DNA of 64,000 bases from Takakia lepidozioides. Lineage: Eukaryota; Plantae; Bryophyta. The position numbers and the translations under genes were made by a program. This document shows positions 1-14,864 of the stretch, in pieces. The stretch spans positions 71,238,001 through 71,302,000 of the forward strand of contig CM060732.1 in assembly GCA_030704615.1 (NCBI GenBank), given 5' to 3'. Numbering within the stretch: position 1 is the stretch's first letter; each line of letters starts with the position of its first letter. Below the pieces are notes generated by a model. It was given only the letters and a program-made list of their open reading frames with translations, was not told the DNA's origin and did not search any database.

Positions 1-974
1 CACGAGAGCGCGCCACATGGCCGCGGCTGCCGCACTGCCGGAGAGGCCGGGCCAGCGGGCCGCGCTCTGACGCCCGCCCGCGGTCCGGCTTCGCCTGCCG
101 CGGATGGCGCGCCGCCTGCCGCCAAACGCGGCGCGGTCAGCTTTTTCGGGGCTGTCGGGACGACCGACCCTACCCCACATTCCACGGGGTGTGTGTGGAT
201 GGGCGCGGGCGAGTAGGACGACGGAGATCGGGTGACGGCCGTCTGCGACAGGATTTCGCCGTCGATTTCCGGATCTTTGCTGTGCTGGCCCGAGTGCCGA
301 GAAATCGATCTACGGCTGCATCGCCGGAGCGATTCATGGCGTCGGTCTTGCCGGGAAGTTTGCGCACGCGATACGGCCGGGCGGGGGATGTTCTCAGAAA
401 TGAATTCGGAGAAAAAAGAGAAAAAAGAAAGGGAAATCGAGGGCCGCACAGTTGGCCCCATGCATGTCTGTCCACCCGCACGTTTCCCTTCCCGACAGAC
501 TGGCTTACACCCTGACTTACACAGTTTTCATTCTATCGACTGGAATTATGGAAATTTCGAATTCAGGGATTTCCAGCGATTGTGTCCCGCTCCCTTTCCC
601 TGTCCCTTTCCCTCTCACCAAAACAAACTGCAAATCATGGGTTGCAACGGATTTGGACAGAGGGCTGGGGACAGCGCATGGCAAGCCGCCCAAGATATAC
701 GCAGACTGCGGAAAGCTATGTAAAGGTGCGCTAAACGGCGATGCTTGGCAATACTTTAAGAGTAAACAAAGGGGTATCATGTGCATTTCGTGAGGAAAGT
801 GATATAAAAGGAAGGGCAGCAGGGGTTTGGATAGTATTGCAAAGCGAGGGACGATGGGAGGGGGGATGGCGAGTGGCAGCCCCGACGGCGCGCATGCGTG
901 GGCGAGGCTGACGTAAGGAATCCCGGCCCGGCTGTCGAAGCCAGGGAAAAGCGCACCCGTCATTTCACCGCCCT

Positions 975-1059
975 GCCTGCAGCCTACCGGGACAGCGCAG
1001 TAAAGGAAACCAGCCTGAGACTGGGAGACCGGCGGTTGCCGGTAGGGGGAGCACCTGAG
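975..1059. repeat. Putative terminus of a GC-rich non-autonomous DNA element (inverted homologue of 5391-5480)
   Basis: ...taccgggacagcgcagtaaaggaaacc...ccggtagggggagcacctgag aligns with the reverse complement of ctcaggtgctcaccgtaccggc...aaggataacc/taccggaacagcg at 5391-5480. Confidence 0.4.
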
Positions 1060-4000
1060 CATTAAATATGTCGAGCCGAGAGATAGCGGGCAGAGGGAAG
1101 GTAAAAAGTTTGTTGCGATCAGCGGACCTACAGAGTACCCAGGTATTCCGGGCACAGTAGAAAAAACTAGGAAAGGATATTGCGGTCGGGGCGCACGACA
1201 TCGGGAACAGGGCCCCTTCCCGGCGGCTTCCTGGGGCCAGCCGCCAATTCGGCGGGCGCGTTTCGCGGTGGCCACCGACACAGCCGGCCGGGCTTCCTGC
1301 AACAGCCCAATCCATAACCGCAGTGGGCCCTCACTTCCAAAGCAGGGAAGCTTTCATACCCGAATAACCCGCGCCCCGCGGCAATCGATATGGGACTAAA
1401 TAATTGTTACAAGCTCGGATGTCACGGTACCGTTAATGAAATGTTTTGGGGAGGCGGGATTGATTCTGGTCCTGCCCGAGAAACGGGAATTGGGAGTCGC
1501 GCCCGCGGTCGTACAAAGCAAAAGCGGGTATGGGAAAGACGACGAGGCGAGCAGACACCCACACGGCAAGGTACGCAACGATCGCAAGGCAAATGCAGGG
1601 ATATGGGCGGTCGATCATATTCCCCGCTTGGCCCTCCGACTCATGTCTTCAACTGTGGATTTTCTCGTCGCAAGTCCGGGCCCATACCCATCGACTCGCG
1701 CGCGATGGAGTGCGCCTCTGCTGCCAATATATCCACACATACCCTCTCGCACCCGCTCGCATGCTGCCACGTAATATTGAGTGCTCTGCACAAAGCGGGA
1801 GCAAGCTAGCGTAAGTAGGTTTCTGGATTTCTCGCTCGCTCGCCCGCATGCACTGCGGACAGGGCCGGGCAGGACATGGGGTCTGTCTGTCCCTGCCATC
1901 TATATATAGACGAGCACGGGCCAACTGATGCATGTCTGCTGCCCGGACTGAATGTTATTCTCTTATTAAATCCCGGGCAGTACTGATGCCTCGTCATCCA
2001 CTAACTAGTTACTGCAATATGGGGAGCGAGATTGGTGCACGAAACATTGATCAAGGCTGATCGGGGAGGTGAATCCGCGGTCGATGGTCTCTGAGCTCAA
2101 GGGACACGGCATTTTCGTGTGCTTTTGAGAGACTTTCTGTGGATTATATCTAGCAAGATCCGAGCTTGAGATATATGGCTTGCCAGACTGAAATTTGCAA
2201 TGTGCCTCCTCTTGTCTAAATGCCACTGACTTCGAATTCGTTACCTCCTGGATTGAGATAGATAGCTCGAACCTTTCCTAATTAATAGCTTGTTTGAATA
2301 AGGCCTGCTTGCTTGCTGGAAGCACACTCCCAGCAAACGAAGAGATACCTCGGAGTTGCCGACAAGACTAGTTAGTAGATAAATGGAGAGAAATCTGAAA
2401 CTGCGCGCCTGGAATCTCGAGATTTAGTCACGTTATGAACTTCGTAACACAAGGATTGGATAGCTCCAGGACCGTTGAGGCTTTTGGTTATATGTCAAAG
2501 CTTGCTCCTTGCAATGGGAGGCAAAGTGCGGACTTCAGCGATACAAACTAAACTGTACAGTGAGAGGAGAACTGAATCTTACTCCAGAGTGCGACTAGAA
2601 TTCTAAAGATGGTTATAATCCAATCTCCAAAGAGTAAAAATAGACAAACACCCTGAGCAAAGTTCTCAAATGGCTGAAGTCAGTCCTGATCACACTGGGA
2701 AGGTGGAGTTGTAGACAAAAAATACATGCCAAGGATTTTGTCTTCAATCTCGGTCAGCATTTGTCCGCTCGCAAAGTGCCCAGGAGTGCTTGCCATGAGC
2801 TCACACAAAACATTCCGAAAAAGTCGGCAGATATATATATGACGTAGGTCGGTCAGCAGTGAGAAAGTACACAATCCTTAGTCCCAAATGTGTCTTCCTA
2901 ATGAGTTCGAAGCCACTGGAGACCCTGGTATGCCCATCTTTTCCTGTTGAAACGAAACAAAATTAGACTGTAAGAGACAAAAGAGGCGCAATGGGCACTT
3001 AGTGATACAAACACTGAGGAAGAGACAAAGCAAGTGAAAAGGCAGGGCTGATAGGCAGGGAGGGAGGGAATAAGTGAGGCGTGCGAAGGACGCAGACGCC
3101 ATGCGGGCGCCACAGCGCAGGAGCCTGGCCCGCTAGCCGGCATCCCGGCAGAAGGGCGGCCCAATCGGTCCCGGCCAAGGCAAGTCACCTCTGCCTTATT
3201 CCCGCTTCGCTCCTGCCAAGTTTAGCGGGGCCCAGGCCATTCTAGTTTAGCCAATGTCTGCTTACCATCGGATCACAAACTTGCAGCACTGTTTTTCGGC
3301 TGGCCAGCTAGAGCTTCTTACTCGTCTCTCTTTCTGGGGCCGGTCCACCATTTAGCTGTGTTCAGTCTCATGGTCTTGGAACGGTTATGTCCTTTCCAAC
3401 TGTACTTCAGAAAGAGAAGCTTCATTGCACGAATGCAGGTCGATCAGCTTTTAACTGTACTGGGTAGGTTTGTCAAGAGTTCTGTAACTCATATGTGGGT
3501 TCCTTGTTACTACTGAAGCTAGGCTTCCTAGAGGCACTGGCTCGATCTCACGCCAGATAAGCACAGTACGAGCGTTGAATGATCTTCAAGTGCGAAGCCT
3601 AACTAGTCTTATTCACAGTGTCCAGCTCGTCTCAACAAGCTGAATACAGGACAATTCTGCATCAAAGGCCAGCTTTCCTTGTGCCGATCGTTTAGATTGT
3701 ACGCAAAGTTGGGTCTGGGCCAGAGTTTTGCGAGCGACTCTTTTCAATTCAAGCCGTCCCTCAGTCGACTTATAAATCATCTATCTGCTGATTCGCAACT
3801 GCTTGGACCAGCCGTTGCGACTGCCTTCGACACCAGAGACCTTTAGTACAGCTTAGTATATTCATCTGCTTTGCAGCTGTACTAGGAATGCGATCAGCCG
3901 GCAGTCATGGCATCAAAAGCACCTTAGCAACACTTATCGCTGCTCATTCTCGCTGCATTCTTCTATAATCAAATTGGTGCCACAGTTTAGCCATACCCCG

Positions 4001-5072
4001 TCCCCACCGCAACCTCCACTAACATCGAAAAACGCTCAAATATGGCAAAACCTCACCCCAGTTGCGAATCCCAGTGCAGCCCTTGCCTATCCCACTGTTA
4101 CCTCTTTAAAGCTTTTCTTTTTTTTTCTTTTTTTGGCTATCTCTCCACATATACAAACACAGATATTTCTTCCCAATGTAAATTAATTTGTTATTCGTGG
4201 CTACTGTTTACTAAGTGTCAGAAATAGCTAAGCCCCTCTTGGTTTCACCTCCTCTCCTTTGCTCAGAACTTTTGTTTTTAATTTTTTAATTCTTTAAAGG
4301 AATAAGGGAAATACCTGGGAGCGACAGCTCTCAGAACTACTTCCATGATGTGCCTTCACCAGGTGATACCTCCCTCACGTAACATCTTTATATAAAAAAC
4401 AATAAATGGATGAATTTTCAAGTTTATTATGGATGAAAGTAGATTCCACTACTCATAAGGAAAAGACTAGCGGCTTATTATTTTTATTATTTTTATTTAT
4501 TTTTATGAAAAAGGGACCAAGGCCCAGTTACTCAAATAAAAAAGAACTGCAAAAAGTGAAACGTGGCAGAAGCCGAAACATTTCAATAAATTACAGAGAA
4601 AAAGATTTCTACTTTTCCTTCATGAAAAGTAGCCACAGTGGATAAATGTTATATTCTGCGTGAGAGTAGATTCTACTCCATTTGGAGAATATCCTACTGG
4701 AAGGCCCACCATGGAACCAATGGGGAATCCCTTAAATGCAGATATTCTTAGGTGCAATCAGCAGATAACAGTTTTCGGAAATCTGTAATGGTTACTTTTC
4801 CATATCTCCTCTTAATCTGAATTTTTTTTTCTTAAAACAAATCTGAATTTCAGTAGGAGTAAAAAACATTGGATTATTTCGATTGAAATGCACTGACAAG
4901 TAGCGAGTTTTTATCATTTACTAAAAGTAAAAAGTTAAAGTAAAGTTTGTTTAACGTCCAGTGAGAACTGCTTGCGAGGGATGCTCACTATGGGACTACT
5001 ATTCGCAATAGCAAGACTATATGTTTACCTCTTAGTAAATAATTCAGTTATGACCCTTGGCAGGACAATAAA

Positions 5073-5240
5073 AAGAAAGTTTCTTTGACGTCCAGTGAAT
5101 TTACAGAGTCTACTGCTCAACACACAGGCCGTCCAGGGCCCAATGGACGGTCTGAAGGCACATGTTGAAGGATTGAACCCAGGATCACCTAGGTTATGCA
5201 CAGGCAAGGCACAAACACCCAACCACTGGGCTACCTGCTC
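5073..5240 (-). mobile_element. tRNA-derived SINE, family A
   Basis: Minus strand has A box TAGCCCAGTGG and B box GGTTCAATCC; near-identical copy at 28876-29012 and a fragment at 32340-32422. Confidence 0.7.
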
Positions 5241-5390
5241 AAGTGCAGGACAATACAAAGGGCTTCTAGTGAGATTTTGACTCCGACCAAATTTCCCGGG
5301 GACCAAAATTTCATGGAACGATACCGAGATGCATTTCACGACTGTTTCCGGTGCCGGTGAATTGTACCACATCCCGAGTGGCAACAACGT

Positions 5391-5480
5391 CCTCAGGTGC
5401 TCACCGTACCGGCATACACCGGCGTACCGGCCCAGACGGTTATCCTTGAATACGCTGTTCCGGTATCCGCTGGCCGTAGC
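5391..5480. repeat. Putative terminus of the same GC-rich element family
   Basis: About 80 bp inverted similarity to 975-1059, starting CTCAGGTGCTC. Confidence 0.4.
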
Positions 5481-8400
5481 TCCGGACAGTAGAGTAGCCC
5501 CAGTTGGATGCGCCCGGCCCGGCGCGCCTACGTGGCCCGTCGTCCACCCGCAGCCGGGCCCCCCTAGTCTGGCGCCTCACCTCCGCGCGGTCGCCGCGAC
5601 GACGCCGCATGCATTACAGATTTTTTTCAGTATAAGTAATATTAAACTCATCACATAACTGAAGATTTTGTTTTGCTACTTCAAAAAATTTCCAAGTCCC
5701 AAGAAGATCGTCATACTTCAGTGGATGCCCCATCATTCTGCATACATACTTCATTCATCATACATATATGAAAATACTTGAGACATATTCATCATGCATG
5801 TGGGAAAGATTACTAACGTTTAAATAATGGTAGGATTTTTGCTTGATCTTGCTACTTCAAGAATTTTTTTTTGAAAAGGTCCAAGTTTGGATGCTCTTAT
5901 GACAATGCATATAGATATGAAAAATACAACTGATTTCTTATGTATGACTGACTATGCATAAAAATAGACAATACACTGAACTGACTCAGATTTTGTTTTT
6001 CAAGTAGCAAGACTAAATTCCAGTTTCTAGTTCCTGGATTATGTTCTCTTCTCTGTCTCCAGCTGTTTTTCTAGCGCTCCCTCAGCCCCCTGTCTTTTCC
6101 TGTCTTCTGCACAAACTCTGATTCCTGTTTATTTGGGACCTTCGCTGGTTTCGTCCTGATTTCTCTTGGATCTAGATACTCTATTCAGGATCTTTTGCTA
6201 GATTGCAAGGTTAGGGGGAGGAGTCCCCACTGTAAGCCTTCACGGCCTCAATGGTGCTTATTTTTTCCACCATCTGCAATCAATTTCGAGGGCCTCCATC
6301 CCTCTTCTTAAAAAGAAAAAGAAAAAAATATCAGAATAATATTAGTAGAGCTATGAAGATTCATGCTCACCATCTCATTCATTGTAATTTGAACCCATGA
6401 CCTCACAAACTATAATAATAATGCATGGAAATATATGATAAGTTTCATTGTCATACATACAACATTTCAAAGATTTCTGCATGAATGAGCCATGACATCA
6501 TTTACGTATGTCAATGGATGGCAACGCATATAGATATGACAATACAACTGATTTCCTCTGTATGAGTGACTATGGCCAAAAAAAAAAAAAAAAAAAGTAC
6601 AACCCGACATACGACCCGACTAACCTACCACTATTGCAACAATCGATTATTTAACATTACTTATGCTGAAAAAGTTACACCTAAGCGCGTGGGTATCAGT
6701 AATACATGGGGCATCGTCGCGGTGACCGCGCGGAGGTGAGGCGACAGACTAGGGGGGCACGGCCGCGGGTGGCGGGCCAGGCCGCGGGCAACCGGGCACT
6801 TGCAATCTTGGATTCTCGCTGCCCGGTTACCCTCGCTCAGTTGGAGGGTAGCTATCTAGAAAAAAAGAAGGGACTACAAAGGAAAAGAAAGGAAAACATA
6901 TTCTTCTTTTTAATTTCTGTTATTCCCCCTGGCCCGCCCGACTGACGGGTGACCAGGGGCCCTCTCCACCGGATGACTGGTGGGAGCCGGTTCATCACAA
7001 TAAAGGCGGGAGCCGCGTAGCGTTGGCGCCACGCCAGTGGAGGCACGTGGAAGTACGGACATTGAATGACCGCTTTGAGTATAGCCATGACCGGCTACAT
7101 GCACGGCTTCCCCCGCGCGGGATTGCTTCGGCCGAGATCGGGCGCAGGCAGCTTTTAATAGGCGCAGTGATGGCGCCCACCGCCCGCCCTATATTTGCCC
7201 TCACCCTTTATTTCCCTCCACTTGCATGTCCTTTTCATTCATCTTTGGATGCAGACTGCAGGTGCGAATATTCATCCATCGTCAGATTTTTTACTCACAG
7301 TGCAACTCGCATTGGACGTTGAACGGTGACACGAACATTTGACTCGCATTTTGCGGATCGAATTCTTCTTCCGATGCATCGGACTTTCACGCGCAACCAA
7401 ACGCATAGAAAATAGTTTATCGGAATGGACTAAAATTTGGAGGTCTTCACTGAGAGTCTGTCGGAGGCGAGTGTGAGGGATTTCCGAGTGAGAGAGAGAG
7501 AGAGCGAGGAAGGAGAGTGTGGCCCGATTGTGTGTAAACCGTCCCGCGTGGAGCGGTCGGTTGTGGCGGGAATCTGTAGGTACGGTCGGTGCCAGTTACC
7601 GGGTGGGGCCGGTGTGCTGTGTGCGCCTTTCGTTCTTTAGCTCGATAGTCACCGGATACTCCCGGTGGTATATGGATGAAAGTGTGTGCATGCAGGATGA
7701 AACAAAAAATTCATCCATATTCTGTGTGAATGTTAGTCCTCACTAAAAGTCATTCATATTTTGTGTGATTGTTGTGCGTGTTAGTCACTAAGGCTGTGAT
7801 ATAATTAACCGCCCAGCTACCGTGGGCTATAACCGCCCAAAACCGACCATCTCATTCGTAGCAACTGTTCCGATTACGCCAAATTTATATTTTGCGGTCG
7901 CTAAACGACATAGCGATCAACTGAGATTGAGGGCCCTTCTATGTACCCTTGTTTCATCTGCAAACATCCACTCCCACACATTTTTTTCCTTAAAAAAAAC
8001 TCAAAACCGGGGATTTCGGATCCACATTGTCGTTATCTCACCAGGAAAACGTATTAGACGAAATGGACTGAATGCATTAATTGATGCGTAATGTGCAAGT
8101 CTTCTTGGGTTTCCTCTGACTCAACTCACATCCATATCTGCCCGCCCAATTTTATATGTTCTAAGCCCCTGAAAAATTAACGGAATATCCATCAAGTAAC
8201 GTCGTATTCAACCAAGGCTATTCCGGAGTAACTTCTGATCCCAGCATATGTGTCGGCGAAACCTCACCCGCGTGCAAGAGGCTCTATAGGGCCACCACAT
8301 GACACGCACCATCAAATGCATGAATTGGATGGATGGAACAAGGATATTACCTGTAACGCCGGAATGCCTCTGCATGCATCATCTTCTCGGAATGCCAATG

Positions 8401-10259
8401 CTACTCACCGCTACCCAACCTCACTTCGCTGTCCCTCTAGAGGATGGAACATCCGGTGAAGTGGGGGCCGCACCAGATACCAGCCACAACTTTTGGTCCG
8501 AAGCATTCCCACTTCGCATCCATCCGTCGTGAGTTTTCGACCTCGCTCCCAATCCATTGTGAGTTTTCGACATCCCACCCATCCATTGCGAGTTTTCGAC
8601 AACACACACACATATGTTGCGAGCTCGGCCAACAATTTGGGTAGGAAGGAAACCAACTTGCGGCTCCTGTCAGAATTTGCCTTTCCCCATGAAATTTATC
8701 CGTACCACTGCCTGCAAGGGGAGGATGCGGATTGGCAAGTATGTCAGGACCCCTGCGAGTGGGGTCCAGGCTGGCAGATGGGTCCATGTCGCTTCCCTCT
8801 ATATTCCGGCCCGCCCTTACTTTAATATTAAAAATCTCGTCTGCCATTGGATGGGACACACGTGGCCCAGTCTCCACAGATCCGAGTTTCCAATTGTTTT
8901 TCTGAAAATTTTCCTGCGAAATTAATTTTCACGTCACTGTGATGGAGATGAGTGAAAATGAGTGGCTCCGTACGTGCGCGCATGGCAGCGCGGGGGGTGG
9001 AGCCCGCAACCTCGTCGGCCTGGCTCTGTGCCTAACAGTAATTACCCGGGGGGTAAGAAGGGGGATTGACGCGGAGATAAAAGAGAGGGGAAAAGGCTGC
9101 GCAGAGGGAGGGGCTATGACTTGTGCGTGACTACACAGCGCTGTCTCATTTGCTCTTCGCTCTTCGCTTCCCAGAAGCCTCCCTCGCGCTCCAGCCAGTC
9201 TCTTGTCTGACTGCCTCGCTGTGCTGCTTCCATCTCTTGACGCTCGCGGCCTGCAATTTTTTCTACACAGAGCTCGATCTGTTTATTAGTGCCTCTTGGG
9301 TCACAGAGGGCTGCTTTTGGAAAGTGGTGCTGCCAAATCGGTCCGCCATTGTTTCCTTTCTCGGGTGTAGTGCTGCTTTTCTTTTTCGGGTCGTCTTGCT
9401 GGGAGTTCGTGGAGCCCCGTTGTGGCTTCTTCTCCTAGCGCCATCGTTATCTCTTGATCTCGGTCTCAATCCAGTCTGTCCTTTGCTTGCTCTCAAGGTC
9501 TCTCCGTGCGCTTTCCTGGTTGTTTTTCTTATAAACTGTGTCTAGAGAGCTCTTGTTTACGTTCTCCCCCGTGTTCACTTCCTCCTGCTCCTCCCCGTCG
9601 TGCTCTGTCCAATCATATGCATGTTTGCATAATCCCGTGCAAAAGTACCAGCGTTCCCCGATAGCGTCTTGGCTTCGTCTCACAATCTAGTCCAGCGTTG
9701 CTCCTCTGCTCCTTCCAGATTGGATCTTGCAGGATTGACTCCACATAGATTGGAAGGAGGAGGTAGCTGTTAAGGAGTTAGTGCCTTTCTAGCAACGTGG
9801 AATTCTCAACAGGTTTCTACCACTTCCTCTCTCTCCACTCTCTGGCCCCGGATTGATCCACTGGCCTGAATTTTTCTCTAAATATCTTACAACTACGCAG
9901 AGTGGGTTGATATCATTGAAAGACCTGAATTGCTCAGAGGGATTTCCACAGCTTCAGACATGTATTCAAATGGCCTTTGGTGTTGGAATGCCTAGCAGGT
10001 GAACTTACAGTTCGTCCTTGTCGTTGTTCGCATCATCAGCACAGTGATGTAAATCAAGCCAGTTAGTAGCTGAACTTTATGGCAACTTAGACTCAAGCGC
10101 TAGAAGCTCTGGGCATAAAATCTGGGGGCACAAGTGTTTCGTGTTCTGAGAGCTGTCCAGATGAAGAAGAACCTTGTTGTTCGTGCGCTTATAAATATGT
10201 GCTCCCTCTTGGTGGTGTGGCTATGTGTGCAGCAGCATTGATTGTAAAGAGGGAGCAAA

Positions 10260-11649
10260 ATGGTTGAGACGAAAGTGCATGTGCCTGTCGGCTTCAGGTT
10301 CCATCCGACAGATGAAGAGTTGGTGAGCCACTATTTGTACGGAAAGGTGGCCACCAAGAAGATTGATCTTGACCTCATTCGCGACCTTGATCTCTACAAA
10401 TTCGAGCCATGGGATCTCCATGGTATACACAATACATCATCAAAGTATCTATCTTTTTCAGCTCAATCTATGAGAGCATGAATGTTCGAATTTGACAAAG
10501 AATGAAATGTTGCACTTGCTGTCAATTCGTACTGGTCACTGACATGAACTCCATCGTAATGATCTGGTGTGTGACAGAATTATGCAGGATTGGGGCAGAA
10601 ACTGAGAAGCAAACGGATTGGTACTTCTTCAGCCATAAGGACAAAAAATATCCCACCGGCAACCGAGCAAATCGTGCCACTGCTCTTGGATTCTGGAAGG
10701 CAACCGGCCGTGATAAACCCATCCACACAAAGATTCAACTTATGGGCATGCGCAAGACACTGGTATTCTACAAAGGGCGGGCACCTCATGGAGAGAAGAC
10801 TGATTGGATCATGCATGAGTTTCGCTTGGATGACGGCCCCGGCATGCCTGCTTACGTATGATCGTGCACCATTCTCGAACTGCTCTTAACTAGTGCGCTA
10901 ATATTGATGGGTTGTGTTGGTATGTTGGTGTTAAAGACCGTATCGCTAACTCAGCTCCTTGCTGTGTGCAGGAAGATGGCGGCTGGGTGGTGTGCCGTGT
11001 CTTCAGAAAGGCCAAAAACTTCAAAACAAAAAGCCAGGAGAGGGCCTGCTCATACGAGGAACAAGCTGCACTGCTACCAGAGCTTCCCTACCCTGAAAGA
11101 CACTCGATGGATGGTGGGGGAGGGGGAGGTTATCACTCCTTTGCCCACAATTCACTGTTCTCCTGTAAGCAAGAGATCAACGTGGATGATTACAATCAGT
11201 CCTCTCAGGACCCGTTCCCACACCTCGCACAGCTTGAGATGCCAAGATTCGAGGCTGGAAATATTATGACTCCCTCTTGCTCTTCCACTTTCAGTTGCCA
11301 TAATATGCCTTCCGCATCCACTTTCAGGGGCATTCTAGCTAGCACAAGCAGCAAGAAGGATGATTATTACGCTCTCGCACCTTTTACCTTGGACAATCCT
11401 GTTGGCGATTTCGATGATACCAGGTCCAGCGTCACCCACGAAGGGAACTTCTCAGGGTTTGCTCATGACGACGGAGTGGACTGGGCCCTGCTCGAAGGGG
11501 CGGGGAAGGACATCCGTTTTCCATCTAACACCACAAGAAGGGACCAGTCCATAGGAGATGTTACCATTCATGTCCAACTAAAACGGCAGAACTCTGACCA
11601 CTTCTCCTCCAGCAGCGACATTGACCTGTGGAATTTCGGCCAAAAGTGA
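10260..11649 (+). CDS. NAC transcription factor, VNS (VND/NST/SMB-related) subfamily; exons 10260-10422, 10578-10855, 10972-11649
   Basis: [81 protein letters not shown]; C-terminal LAQLEMP (LP-box-like), DWALL (WQ-box-like), DIDLWNF; GT-AG introns with matching phases. Confidence 0.95.
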
Positions 11650-14600
11650 AGGGTCGGATGTAAACTTGGCAACCTCAAGAACTAAGCTCAAACATACTTC
11701 ATACCCAGACGCGCAAGCTTGAACTGGAGGATTGGTCTTGTCAAGGAAACGGGTGGGGGGAAGCAAGTTGCCGAAGAATTTTCAGGCAGATATAGGGATG
11801 TTGAGAAGTATCGATAGCAGGGTTGGCCGCGCGCCAGACAAGCATCCTACCAGGAGGAGACGCCACCCTTGGCAGCTGACTCGGCTGCGTTTTGCAATGT
11901 ATCAAGGGTGATGTGATTGCAACATGGGAATTCTGAGCGAGCAAGAGAGAGAGAGAAACGTGCCAGACCAACACTGACACAGATCAAGTGCACAGTCATC
12001 TATCAAATCATGGCTTCAACGCATCAATTCCGATCACAACACATGCACTAGCTTCTACTGCTCTTTGCAACAGCACAAGGCGCACGTACTTCACTTTAAT
12101 CTCTCCCTCCTTGCTTGCACACAACAACAGGGTGAGATTATGAACTGCATCACGTCCACAGTGTTCATGTTGAATTCTTACGTTGCCCATGGCTGACTGA
12201 TCCAGGGGGGCCTGTCAATTATTTCTAGCAATTGCTTGCATTCTAGCTTTTGTCAGGTTTCCAAATTTTCTTCACAGGGAAAAGACCATTTAAGTTTGCC
12301 AAACAATCAATAAATGTTGATATTTGTACACTTTCATACCCTTTACTTTGGGCGAGGAGAGATGCCAGATGAGCACATTGATATCTTGTGATGGTCATGT
12401 CAGTGCCTTGGAGAGGAGGGAATGAGAGAGAAATGAAATGAAATGGTGCTTTACAACTTCCGCGGAGAGCTCATAGAGCTTATGGTGGAAGAAAACATGA
12501 CAGAGGAAACAAAATCTCAGAGCCAGAGATAAAAGGGAAAGAGAGAGAAGGTTATCACCGTTATACTCCAGGTCAAGCCAGAGCTCTAGTGATGAACTCA
12601 CCAGATGTTAGCTTCTCTAAAGCTGTTTTGTATGCATCCCTCCAGACTATGCATAGCCTGGGTGCACTCTGTGATTTATCATGGTTGAATACAACATGAG
12701 ATGGGTATTTGGTTTTTCCCAAACCTGTCTAACATCGATGGCTCGAAGTTAGTTGTTTCTCCTGCACTTTGCTTTATTAGATGGTGTCAAAGGTGAGGGA
12801 GTTATGCACACGCAGGAGTGACATAACACTTGTGTTACCTGTGGTCTTTTCCAGCCAAGGTCAGCCAGTATATTACTTCATCCTCATCTGGTTAAGGGGG
12901 CTGAATCACAAATTTGTCTTAGTTGTAGTGCACCATCATGAATTGGACCAAAGATCAGTGCCCTGAAATCACTATGGTGTGTTATTTGAGATACTGCTTA
13001 ACCTTCTTGTTTGTCAGACGACCTCTCAGGTTCCATTTGGGTGCTAAGATAAGAGAGCACTTCCATTCAAATTTGGTGGCCATAGAACAAAACAGGTTGC
13101 TCCACTCAAATGCTTGGGGTTAACCATCACGGAAAGAGTCATGGTGAAACTTCTTCCTTCCTTTGGTGGACAAAAACATATCCCTTGCAGAATTAACTAC
13201 TTGAGAAAGGAATTCACTCTCAAAGGTGTAGACCTTAGCGGCTCAAACCTCCAGAATTTCCGATGTGATTCCCCATGGCCATTCCTTTCTCCAGTGCCTG
13301 CAGATTCAGCTTGCTTAGAAATTCATATATTGATCACACTTTAGTGCATGATCCACTTGCTGACACGGCAATCAGCGTGTGGTGTGCTTTGAGAGAAGGG
13401 CTCTGCTCATGTTAGGACATAAAATCTTGTGTAAAACTGTACCTGGGGAAACGCTCTTGACCACCCTTGTGTCCCCTGAATCACATAGAGAGTGGTCCCC
13501 TTCCTCCTCCAATGAGTCTTCTACAATGATCTCACTACATGCTGCCAGTACATTCACACCAGTTGTCTGATGGGATCCACTTGGAGTCCCCCACTGGGTC
13601 ACTGATGACAGCTGCATGACCCAGTGCACAACAGTGTCAAGAGTAGAAACTCTTACCAGCCCTTTCTTTAACATAAGTAACATCCACTGCATAGTATGGT
13701 TTCAGATGCTATCAGTACCTTGCCGCTTGGTTCCAGTAAAACATGTAGATGTTATGGGGATTGAGGAATACAAAATCAGTGGTGCAGCTACCATTGATTC
13801 AACACTCCTCAATCCTCAAAAATCTCTCCTTTTCGCTCGTGCATTAGTAGACAAAACCACCTTCTGGAACTATGCCTGTGGTCTGTGGGAGAATTAAACC
13901 CTGATACAGATTGCTCCCATTCCTTCTTTGATGGCCAAAGGATCCACTTCCAAACCCAATACTGTTGCAGGGGCTAAAGTGATGACCTCAAAGCTCAAGT
14001 AGCACTGAGACTACCTCTCTATTCCCACCAACCAAATTGCAGTCAACAAAATACATTTGCTATGATGATTTCAGGCTAAAATTCTGTACCCTCATCAAGA
14101 TCAACGCATCAGATCTTATAATGATGCAGCGGTTGGAAACAATGTGCGTCACATCTAGAGAGTCCCCAAATGAGTGCAACAACATGAAAAATCACAAGTG
14201 AAATTGCCATCGATTAGTAACTCAATGATTGGGCCTTTGCCACAATCTAGATTTCCTCCTTCCTGATAGCATAGCACTGAAAACCTATTCAAACCATCTT
14301 CAATGTCATGAGATCTGTATTTGATTGTCACAAGTCTGTCTATATGTTGTCCTCTCCAACATGATAGACAATGCGATTAAGAGGTCAGGCTTCTGCATTC
14401 ATGAAACATAGGATGACATCAACAAAAATATTGGTAGGTTAGGCTTCTGCTCCACATTTTTTTTTTCTCGTTGATTTGCTGTTTAAGACTTGCAGATTGA
14501 GAAGAAACTGCCGAAGTTTAAGATTGACGCATCTACTTCTATCGTGGCCCTCCAAAACATCAGTCAGGCGCACTTCATATTGGGACGATTTTGACATGAT

Positions 14601-14864
14601 TTCGATGTGTCCCATCAAATCATCCTTAGCAAAAGTTCTCTCCCTCTCACAGACAAATATCTGACCACCCTTTGTGCTTATCTTTCGCTTAGCTCCACGG
14701 TCAATCCTCAGCATGGACGCTTTTAGCTGTGCCAGAGCAGGACATTACTCTGGTTAAGAGATTGCAACGTCGCAACTGCGAAACATCCAAAAGCCCAATG
14801 TCTGTTGGAACAACATCTTGGATGCATCAAACTAATGCGTTTGCAGACAGACTCCAAGCAGAGA

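Noticed and set aside
1-2000. Many overlapping ORFs in GC-rich sequence
   Set aside because: No recognisable domains; explained by high GC content, probably non-coding TE sequence
2000-3950. Possible solo LTR
   Set aside because: Composition is suggestive, but I could not identify termini, TSD or PBS
8520-8605. Three approx. 30-bp tandem repeats containing gagttttcgac (also a 9-bp x3 repeat at 44679-44708)
   Set aside because: Short local tandem duplications with no further supporting structure
12600-14850. Possible decayed hAT transposase on minus (VGEDNI- and CDAHC-like peptides)
   Set aside because: Too many stops and only two short motif-like matches; needs a translated search
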